Shown here piece after piece: positions 1 through 10,115 of a DNA stretch of 39,633 nt. This DNA is from Reclinomonas americana ATCC 50394 (Eukaryota). The translations under genes and the position numbers were made by a program. The notes beneath the pieces are model-generated. The model worked only from the letters and a program-made list of their open reading frames with translations, made no database searches and was not told the origin of the DNA. Location of the stretch: contig PS015713.1 of the NCBI GenBank assembly GCA_048213135.1, forward strand, positions 12,334 to 51,966. The letters run 5' to 3'. The number at the start of each line of letters is the position of its first letter. Position 1 is the first letter of the stretch.

Positions 1-339
1 TTTTCTCCTTGATCTCACAGGCGCCTTGCTGCATTCGGCACTCACGCCTCTCTTTGTTGACAAGGAGAAGATGAACGTCGAGCATGATACAAGAGGACAC
101 TCATTGTTTACAAAGAGAGAGTGAGAGAGAGAGAGAGCAATGGTTCTTGCTCTTCTCACTCGACGAGTGTTCCTCTCAGTGTCGACGAGTGCGAGGTTGT
201 TTGCCTCGTCGAGAGCTGCTGTGCAGAGAGTGGTGAGTGTGTGTGAGAGAGAAGAGAGAGAGAGAGACGCATGTATTGAGTGAGAGAGTGACAGAGAAGA
301 GAGAGAGAGAGAGAGAGAGAGTGAGCGTGTGTGTGATTG

Positions 340-900
340 TGTCGCATGCATTGAGAGAGATTACTGAGGAAGTGTGAGGTGTGTGAGAGAGACAGGCTGA
401 GGCTCATTCTCTCTCTCACTCTCTCGTTCTCATTGCACACTCAGAGATAGTCTCCTCTACTCCCTCTCTCTCATTCTCACAGCACTCACTCTCTCCTCTG
501 AGAGAGACAGAGTGCGATGCACTTGCACACAAGTTCAGTGAGAGATGAGAGAGCGAGAGGTTACTGAGGAAGTGTGAGCTGTGAGCTCTCTCTCTCACTC
601 TTTCTCACTCTGATTGCACCTTCTCCGCAGTCTTCTCTGCGTCCTCTCGTTCTCACTGCACTCGTCTCTCCTCTGAGAGAGTCCTCTCTCCTGTGAGATA
701 GACAGAGAGCGATGCACTTACACACACATTCGTCGAGAGATGAGGTTACTGAGGAAGTGTGAGCTGTGTGTGAGAGAGAGACAGGTTGAGGCTCATTCTC
801 TCTCTCTCTCTCTCTCTCTGTCACTTTCTCATTGCACCCTCAGAGACGTCTCATCTCTCCTCTGAGAGAGACAGAGAGCGATGCACACACGCGCACTTAC
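340..900. repeat. Degenerate tandem repeat, about 3 units of ~190-200 bp, mixed with CT/GA microsatellites
   Basis: Anchor ttactgaggaagtgtgag at 361, 561 and 747, each followed by similar tctcattgcac/ctctgagagag/gcgatgcac segments. Confidence 0.8.
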
Positions 901-1370
901 ACACACGTAGAGAGAGGGAGGGAGGGAGAGAGAGAGAGAGAGAGATTCAAAGTCCAGAGGCGCCCGATGCTCCCCTTGCCTCCTTCCCCTCTCTTCCACT
1001 GATCTCTCTCTGTTGCACAGACTCCGCTCGACGATGAGGTCGATGGTGAAGTCGACGATGGCGACGCATCTTCTTCATCGTCTTCTACTTCGCCTTCGGC
1101 GTCGACGACTGGATCGTTGTCGTCCAATGCCACTGCAGTTACGCTCTTCTCCTGTTGCTTTTGTTCAGCTTGCGTTGTCGCCTCTTGTTCCGAGTCTCTC
1201 TGCCTCGTTCTAATCGTGTGTCGCTGTGTTTTCGCTTCTTGTCTCTTCTCACTTGACATTGTGCCCTTCTTCTTCGTTGGTGGTCACGCAGTTTTCTCAG
1301 CTTGCACTCTCCTGCTGTCTTGCACAGTCTCTGTCTCTCTGTTCTCTCTGTTCATTCTGCTTCCCTCTAT

Positions 1371-1443
<73 letters not shown>

Positions 1444-1453
1444 GACTCTCACG

Positions 1454-1743
1454 NNNNNNNNNNNNNNNNNNNNNNNNNNNNNNNNNNNNNNNNNNNNNNN
1501 NNNNNNNNNNNNNNNNNNNNNNNNNNNNNNNNNNNNNNNNNNNNNNNNNNNNNNNNNNNNNNNNNNNNNNNNNNNNNNNNNNNNNNNNNNNNNNNNNNNN
1601 NNNNNNNNNNNNNNNNNNNNNNNNNNNNNNNNNNNNNNNNNNNNNNNNNNNNNNNNNNNNNNNNNNNNNNNNNNNNNNNNNNNNNNNNNNNNNNNNNNNN
1701 NNNNNNNNNNNNNNNNNNNNNNNNNNNNNNNNNNNNNNNNNNN
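1454..1743. other. Assembly gap (N run) flanked by (CT)n
   Basis: N characters in the sequence. Confidence 1.
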
Positions 1744-1818
1744 GTACCGACGTTTACGTTTCTTACGTACGTTCGTCGTCTACTCCTCGTCGTCGTCGTT
1801 CGTCGTCTACGTACTCTC

Positions 1819-1910
<92 letters not shown>

Positions 1911-2303
1911 GTTCTCTCTCTCTCCCTCTCTCTCTCTGCGACTTGTTTTCCTCGCATTCCCACTCTCTTTAGCACTCTCTCCATCTCTCCCTCTTTGTTT
2001 TATTTGCAACCCGCTCTCCTTGTTCTACTCGTAGGTTGCGTCGTCGTCGCGCGCCTCGAGTCATTCTGTTTCTCTACGTCTGCTCGCTGCTGTGAAACTT
2101 GCTCATTGTGCTTCCCTCTTGACTCTCTGTCTCTTTTTTAGTCTCTCACCCTCACACCACGATGCCTGTCTGCATGAGTGTCTTTCTTGTCTGTCGAGGC
2201 ATTCGTTTTACTCATCCTTCTTCCGTGTTAAATTCACGCATCCCTGTCTCTCACCCCCTTCCCCTTCATTCCTTCCCCTCTTCTCCCTTCCCCCCGTCCG
2301 CAG

Positions 2304-5085
2304 AACGAAGAACGCATTCGCGCCTGGATGATGTCGCAAGGCCTCACCCCCGACGAGGCCGACACGGCCATGCGCCGCGGCCGCCTCTTCCTCCGCAACG
2401 CGCTGCCGGAGCACCTGCAGCCAAAAGTCGACTACCTGCGCTCCATTGGCGTGCAAAACATTCGCAACGTGCTCTTCAAACGGCCGACCACGGTGGGCAT
2501 GCGGCTGGAGTCGCTCAAGGCCAAGGTCGACTTTCTCAAGTCGCAGTACGAGCTCACCGAGCCGGAGATTGCGCGGATTGTGACGAGTGCGCCGGCGTTT
2601 TTGTCGTTGAAGGTGCGTGGGAGGGAAGAGGGGAAGGGAGGAAGGAGGAAGGAGGAAGGGGAAGGGGGGGAAGGGATGGGAGAAGTCTTGCAAACGCGAG
2701 AGCACATACTCTCAACACACACGCCTCAGCTGCGTTTTGAGGACATCATCTTCCAGTCGCCCGACAGATGCACCGTGTTGCGTACAAGCATGACAAAGGT
2801 GTTGACGTCGACCAGACGCATCTGCGGGCGCATATAGAACGAGTGTCGAGCCGCATACATCCCTTCCTCTTTCTTCTCAAAATGTTGTCTGTCTTGCGTC
2901 CTGTACTCGCTCTCTTGCGCTCTCGTCGCTTCGACTCTTGTTCTCACGCTCACTGTCTCGTCTTCTTCCGCCTCCTGTCTTTCGACATGTATTTATTGTC
3001 TTCTCGATATCTGGTGCCTTCTGTGTGATCTCCTCTCTCTCTCTCTCTCCTTCTTTCTCTCTCTGCTCTCGTCTCTCCTTCTTTGCTCTCTTTCTCTCTC
3101 CGTCCCCTTCTCTCTGTACTCCGTGCTCTCTTTGTCTGTCTGCTCTGTACTATCTTGTTTTCTCTTTCCCTTCTTTTCCCTCTCCACAGTCTGCTCTCCT
3201 GCTGTTCTTTCTCTGCTCTCTTTTCCCCTTTTATTCTTTCTTTCTTCTCTCTTCTCCTTCCTTTCTCTCTGCTTCCTTCTCTTTCTTTCTCTCTTCTCCT
3301 TCTCTCTTCCTGTCCTCTCTCCGTGCTCTCCTCTCTTCTTTTCTGTTTCAGCTCCCCTTCTTCTCTCTCTGCTCTCGTCTCTCTATTTCTCTCCTTTCAC
3401 CCTCTTTTCTCTCTGCTCTATGCCCTCCTTCTCTCTTTCTGCTCTCTCTGCTCTGTGCTGTCCTTTTTCTCTCTGATCTCTCCTCTCCGAGTCTGCTCTC
3501 TCTGCCCTCTTCGTTCGTTTGTTCTCTCGTTCTCTTCTCGTTCTCTTCTCTTGTTTTCTTTCTATCTCTCAGCTCTCCTTATCTCTCTTTTTTGCTCTTC
3601 TCTTCTTCTTTTCTGCCTCTTCTCTCTACTCCCCTTCTTCTCTCTCTGCTCTCTCTTTTTTCTCCCTCCTTTCTCCTCCTTTTCTCTCTGCTCTGTGGTC
3701 TCCTTCCCCGTTTCTACTCACTCTGCCCTCTTTCTCCTTCTCTCTTTCCCGGACCCTTACTCTCTCTGAGCTCTCTCCTCTCCTTCTTTCTTTCTCTCTC
3801 TCTCTCTCACACTCCTTTCTCTTCCCTTTCCCCTGTTCTCCCTTTCCCTTCTCCTCATCCTCCCTTCCCCTGCACCCCGTCTTGCAGACGGAGAACCTCT
3901 TCCAACGCCTCAACCAATTCCTCGGCGAGCTGGGCGTCCCGGAGAGCAAACAACGCGAAACCCTCCGACGCGTCGTCCTGCGCTCCCCCGAAACCGTCGT
4001 ACGCAACCCGGACGGATTCCACGAGGTTCTTCCTCTCCCACTCTCCCTCTTCCTTCTTCCGTCTTTCTCACCTCTTCCCTTCCCCCCACAAGGTGATCTC
4101 TGTTCTGCGACGACAAGGCATCGACAGCAACGGCGTGCTAAAGATCTTCCTGCGACGACCGGCCCTGCTGGCGCTGTCGCCCGAGACGGTGGAGCGGCGC
4201 TTTGCCGTGCTGCACGCGTCGGGCTTTACGCAGCCGCAAGTGGCGGCCATGGTGTGCAAGCATCCGCACCTGTTGGAGAATGCACGGCTGCGCGAGCGCA
4301 TCGACAAGCGCATCGCCATGCTCGGCGAGTACGGCCTGTCACCCGAGGACACGCGGGCCATTGCCGTGCGGCAGCCGGACATGCTGAGCCGGCTCGACTC
4401 GAATCTCCGACCGAAGATCGTGTATCTGCGCGAGGTGTTTCACATGCAGACGCCGGCGGAGCTGGCGGCGCGTCTCGTGCGCAACGCCACCTACCTGTCG
4501 TGCAGTCTGGAGCACCGCATCGTGCCGCGCTTTGAGTTTCTGCGCCAGCAGGTGCCGGCCGAACGGCTGGTCACCCTCTCCATCACCTCGGCGCTGATCT
4601 ACACCGACGAGCTGTTTGCGAAATTCGCCGGCGCCACGCTGCAAGAGTACTTGGAGTTTCGACGCAAGCACATTCGCTCGTCGGCAACGTCGCCGGGTGG
4701 GAGTGGGGGAAGTGGTGGTGGTGGTGGTGGTGGTGGTGGTGGAGGAAGTGGTGGCGATGAGTTGGACGACATTGCGATGGAGTTGGATGTGATGCTCGAA
4801 TCGGAAGAGGCGGCGGAGAGGGTGGAGGTGGATGCGATGGATCCGGATGAGGCCAAGGCGCGGATTGCCAGTCGACGGCGGCAGCAGGAGCGGGAGATGA
4901 TGGCGTTGCAGGAGGGTGGGGAGTCGGCGGCGGCGGTGGAGGGGGAGGGGGGGAAGAAGACAAGGAGGAGGAGGACGGCGGTGAAGAAGGAAGTGGAGGA
5001 GGAGGGGGAGGAGAAGACTGTGAAGAGGAGGAGAAAGAGAAAGGGTGTGGTGGGGGAGGAGGAGGCGGAGGTGAAGAGTGGGTGA
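2304..5085 (+). CDS. mTERF-family (mitochondrial transcription termination factor-like) protein; spliced, 5' end uncertain
   Basis: Phase-0 exons 2304-2612, 3888-4025 and 4093-5085 with polypyrimidine/AG acceptors and GT donors. The spliced protein has mTERF-like repeats (LQPKVDYLRSIG, LKAKVDFL, PAFLSLK|TENL, LRPKIVYL, YLSCSLEHRIVPRFEFL, TDELFAKF) and a Gly-rich/acidic/basic tail. Confidence 0.88.
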
Positions 5086-5493
5086 GGGGGAGAAATAGGG
5101 AAAGAGAGGCTTAGTTGCGATGATATAATGAAGACTATGCTGTTAAGGAGAGGGTGGAAGATGAGGAAGGAGGGGGAAGTTGAGGGAGATGCAAAGAAGA
5201 GTTCTAGAAGAGGGAGGTGCTAGTATGGACTGCGGAGAGACGAATTCGCCTGCACCTGCTGACGATCACTGAAGCACACATGCTGTGGCGAACTTGGCAT
5301 CGCAGGGCAAGAGATATAGGCTACGGCCGGCAAGTGGCCACTGGGTGGTACATAATACTGCAACTACGTATGGGCGGATCTGAGATTTCGATACATCAGC
5401 GATATCGATGTCCCGCGCGTGTCACACAATACCAACGACGGAGTGCGCGCGCGCACACACACGCACACGCACTCACTCATTCAGAGAGGAATC

Positions 5494-8400
5494 ATGAGGT
5501 GTGTGTGTGTGTGCTGTCATGCGCATCCCTTCTCTTCCCTTCTTTCTCTCTCATGTATATTGTGCAGTCGCCAAGAGAGGAAGAAAGCATGGGAGATGGC
5601 AGAGGAGGGCAATGTGAAGGCACTGCGCGCGTTGGTGGCACGTGAGGGCGCACAAACTCTGCTCAAGAAAGAGGAGATGGCGGGCGATCGATCAGCATTT
5701 TACTATGCCACTGCCGGTGGCCATCTCTCAGTGTTGGAGTATCTGTGGGAGGAGAGTGGCGTGGGGCCACAACTTGCACGACTGGTCGATGTCAATGGCT
5801 GGACACCACTGATCGCCGCTGTCTTGCGAGGGCATCTGCAAGTGGTGGAGTGGTTACTGACCGATGAGCGACGATGTCCGCCGGAGACCGTACAGGCGGT
5901 GAGCAAGCCGAACCAGTGGACGGCACTGCATTTTGCTGCCTGTAATGGACACGAGGCCATTGCGCGCCTCCTTGCCACTCGCTTCCCCGACCTCATTCCC
6001 ATGGTCGACGACATGGGCAAGACGGCGGGTGAGTGGGCTTGCGACAATGGCAAGCAGCACGTGGCCGAGTTGCTCGGCAGCCCGTCCACGCCGCCATCGC
6101 AGCCACGCCAGGAATCTCCTCCCCCACCACCACTACCAGCAGCGCCAGCAGGTGTGTTCTCATTGTCGTCTTGAGCTGGTGGCTGATTCGTGTCCTTTTT
6201 CTCACTCACACTCTTTCTTTGTGTATTTCGTTTGCCTCTCGCCTGTGCAGAGCACGCAGTGCCGCCACGCCAGGTGAGAGACTGCGCTCTACTATCTTGC
6301 TTGCCTTTGTCTGTTTCTCATCTCGCACTGCTGTTGCGCAGGCGATTGAAGACTCGGCCTTTGTGGCACGCCAGTTTGCCGAAAAGGACGCACTCATCGC
6401 CCAACTCCAGCGCGATCTTGCCGCAGCACAGCAGGAGCGACAACAAGAGCGGCGTGAACACAAAGACATTGTGGCTCAAATGCAACACGCCAGCGCCGAG
6501 GATTATCGAATGATCGCCCAGTTGCAAGCCAACCTTGCCGCTGAACGGCAAAAAGTGCGTGCGATGGAGGGCCAGCTGCGCTCACTCTTCCACATGGACT
6601 TTCTCAGGTTTCTTTGGGACTTACTCTCTGCCTGTGTTCTTGCTAGAAGTCGCCTCACTCCTTTTGTTGAATGCACAGCGACCGCCGTCCCATCTTGATG
6701 CTTACAGAGGTCGTGCACGAAATCGTTCCACTGGCACTCGGCTCACTCCTGCAACAACTCGTCGCTGATTTCTTCCCTGCCGAATTCGACATTGAGCAAC
6801 TGTGCCTTCCGACTCCACCGCCAAGGTTCTGTCAAAGAGACTGCCTTGACTGTGCTGCGTCTCACGCACTCATTGTGCCTCACAGATACTGCCGAATGAC
6901 TCTGGACAAGCGTGGCAATATTCGCCTGCGCTCTGTCGAGTTATTCCCGTCCAACTACGAGTCCATTCGCGAATTCAAGCAGAGTGGAGTGACAACGGAC
7001 ATGGATGTGTCGCTGCTGTGCACGCTGCTGTTGTACTCAACTTTCGTTCCCGTTGCTGCTTGCCGTGATGAAGATCTGCTGGAGAGCGTCGTCCGTCTCG
7101 ATCCTGACACGAACGAAGACCGTGTTACTGTGCGACTTCTCGCTGACCACGCCAAGGTTTGCTCTCCGTTTGTGTCATCGTCGTCGGCAAGTGTTCTCAT
7201 TGTTCTCACTGGTCAATCCTCGTTGCAGATCCGAGCCGTGGAGAACTTGCGGGATGTTCGCCATCGTGTGTCTCACCTGGCACGTCTATCTGCACTCGAC
7301 GACGCAGAGTACGTGAGCGTCATGCGGCTGGTACGCGACTCACTCCGCACTCTGTTCCCCGACGGAGAGCACGAAAGTATCCGTCTCTTGTTCCAAGCAT
7401 ACGAGAGTTATGACTGCGCTTGCCACATACTGTCTTCATTCTCATCTCACTCTCCCGGAGCACAGATGTGTGTCGCATCAATGTGACTGCCGAGCTGGTG
7501 ACGGAGAGAGCAGCCAGATTTGCCATTCGCGCACCCGTTGTGCCGTTCTCTGACTTGACGCCTTCGAGACAGCTTGCCGTTGGTGTGATCATCTGCATCT
7601 CTGCATGAATGAGAAGAGAGGCTCATCGTGTCTGTGTTCCATTGCAGGTCAAAATGCTGTCTTCCATGCCACTCTCCGTCTCGGCGGTGTGTCGCAGACC
7701 GTGGCATACAAGCGATACCTGGTCAGGAGGCAAGCTCGAGATGTGCAATCGGCGGACTGGAAACGCATTCACGAGAGCTTTGAGAACGAACACTCCCTGC
7801 TGATGCAACTCGAGTGCGTTCATTGTTGCACTTGAATGCTTACCGTCTTTGCTCATGTGCCTTGCACGCACAGTCACCCACACATTGTGAAACTGATGGC
7901 CGTGTGCAACGACGACCCGAGTGGCCTCGGTCTTGTTCTTGAATATGTCGGCGACGAGGACGAAGAGGAGGGCTTTGCCGAGACGATGCACGACTTGGTG
8001 AAGGATGAACGGACGACGACTCCACACCTGCTCAGTCTGCTCGTGCAAGTGGCGTCGGCGGTGGTGCACATGCACTCGCGACGAGTGGTGCATCGTGATC
8101 TCAAGCCACACAGTTGCGTCTTGGGGAGACAACAAGAGAAGAGGATTATGAGCTGGTCATACAGCAAAGTGAGTTAACGAGAGGAAGAGGAAGAGGGAGA
8201 GCAAAGCAGGCGAGTGAGGTCAGTGTGCTCGTGCAAGTGGCATCGGCGCTGGTGCTCATCGGGATCTCAAAGCCGCAGAGTTTCGTATTCGAGAGGGTAA
8301 GTGAGAGAGGGCAATGAGATGCTGATGCAAAGTGAGTTAACGAGAGAAGCGCGTTGGTGCACATGCACTCGCGGTGAGTGGTGCGTCGTGATCTCAAGCA

Positions 8401-9459
8401 ATATTTTGGAGTGGGTTATGGGAGAGAGCGTGACTGCAAGAGAAGAGGATCATGTGATGCTGATGCACGAGAGTGGATGAGAGCGACAACAGTTGAAACA
8501 ACTTCGAAGTCATCGCTATACTTCCATTCTGATTGCTGACCCTGTTTCCTCTCTCATATTCACAGACATTCTCATCAGCGAGGACCGACAGGTGGCGAAG
8601 GTCTGCGACTTTGGGGAGGCCAAGATTCACGGCACCCTCGGCAAGATGCAGTCCATCCACGGCACAGCGGCGTATGCTGCACCCGAGCCCATGTTGGAGC
8701 TGGAGGTGTGGATGATATTCTATTCTCCTGTTGTGCGCAATGAGAGTGGTGATTCTTCCTTCACCACCCGCAGTACGATGAAAGGGCGGATGTGTATGGA
8801 TTGGGCTCGCTGCTTTGGTTCATCGCCACTCGTCAAGAACCGTTTACCGGGGTGGCACTTGCGGTGATCATGCGCCACATGCACGACGGCATTCCGCCGG
8901 CCGACCTTGACGATGCTGGTGTGCGGGCAAGGGTGCCGGAGGAGATTCGCAATCTGATTCGGCAGTGCTGGGTTGCGTGTTGGTGAAGAAGCTGGTGTGG
9001 CTGGGAGAGGTGGCTGCTCATTGCGCTCGCGTGTTATGCAGAGGCCGCAAGCAACACGCGTGTCGGCATCGTATGTGCTGGACGAATTGAGGCGCTTGAG
9101 CGAGGCGGCAGCACTGGCTGTGGGAGGATTTGGACCGACGGGCCGTTCACTGTGAGCGGGAGAGTGATGGGGCTGCTGCAAGCGAAGTCGGCGGTGCGCA
9201 TGGCTGCATCTTACACACTCGCTCATCTTCCTCGCTCACACGCTGTTGTTGATCATACAGGTGCGTGGATCAGCGAGACGCTCGTCGCCCCGCCGCCGAG
9301 CAGCTGGCAAGCGAGGCGCGCCACTTGGCGGCACTGTCGGCAGCGTCGAGCATGCGTGGTGTGCGCGTCACATGCCTCGTGTGGCCACCTAATGTTTCGC
9401 TTGTGTGCGCAAGAGGTGGTTCGGGCAGTGCCTGGTGTGTCGTGTGCTGGTCGACCTAG
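5494..9459 (+). CDS. Ankyrin - coiled coil - putative HEPN (DZIP3-like) - protein kinase, paralogue A
   Basis: Phase-consistent exons 5494-5498 (ATGAG), 5568-6151 (ankyrin), 6251-6273, 6342-6607 (coiled coil), 6679-6825, 6886-7156, 7229-7406, 7466-7582, 7648-7813, 7874-8112, 8566-8705, 8774-8971, then 9042 to either the stop at 9155 or a splice to 9261-9459. Motifs TPLIAA/TALHFAA, DMDVSLL, RHRVSH, VAYK, HRDLKPHN, DFG, GTAAYAAPE, DVYGLG. Confidence 0.88.
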
Positions 9460-9819
9460 TCGATTGGTGAACTGCTGGATGTCACTCGTACCTGGCGCCG
9501 CAGTGACTGGAAGGAGAAGGTGGAGGAGGAGTGTGAATGGAAGATGCTTGTGTGACGATCGCGACGACTTGTGACTTGAATGATAACCGTGAACTGCATT
9601 CGGAAGCAGACAGATAGTGGCAGCACCGACGAATACGGACGGAAAGAGAAGGAGACTGCGGTGGAGTGGAAGAGAATGAGAGTGAGCAGAAAGCAAAGAA
9701 GAGAGCATATTAGTACCGCATTAAGTTGACAGTGACTTTGCATCACAGAATGCATCACGCTCTTCCTCTCACTCTCTCTCAATGTGTGCATGTGTTTATG
9801 TGTGTAAGAGAGTGATGCA

Positions 9820-9891
9820 GTATATAAGTTGTCTCTGCCGAAAAAAGTCTTGCTTATCATGCATCTCTCCATTCTCGTCGTTGCAAACTGT

Positions 9892-9900
<9 letters not shown>
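9820..9900 (-). repeat. Dispersed intergenic element (cagtttgc(a/g)acg...aatggagagatgcat core) next to a (CA)n tract
   Basis: The reverse complement matches segments at about 28910, 33110 and 33320. Confidence 0.7.
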
Positions 9901-9968
<68 letters not shown>

Positions 9969-10115
9969 TCACAGACAGAGACACACACTCTCTCAGAGAC
10001 ACACACTCTCTCACGCGCACGCGTCTCTCCTCTACATCGGATTGACTGATGAATGTCCTGTGTCATGAAGGCACACTCTCACGCAGAGAGAGGGAAGAAG
10101 AAGAAGTAGGAGACC

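Noticed and set aside
21-125. Possible terminal exon after a cacag acceptor (ALLHSALTPLFVDKEKMNVEHDTRG...)
   Set aside because: Too short, no recognisable motif, and the upstream context is outside the window.
156-1984. Many ORFs rich in SL/ER/HT repeats, including 897..1259 (-)
   Set aside because: Mostly translations of CT/GA microsatellites and N gaps; no domain signal.
2938-3887. Long hydrophobic F/L/S N-terminus of the 715-aa ORF, resembling a membrane protein
   Set aside because: It is a stop-poor pyrimidine-rich intron; the mTERF exons splice around it in phase.
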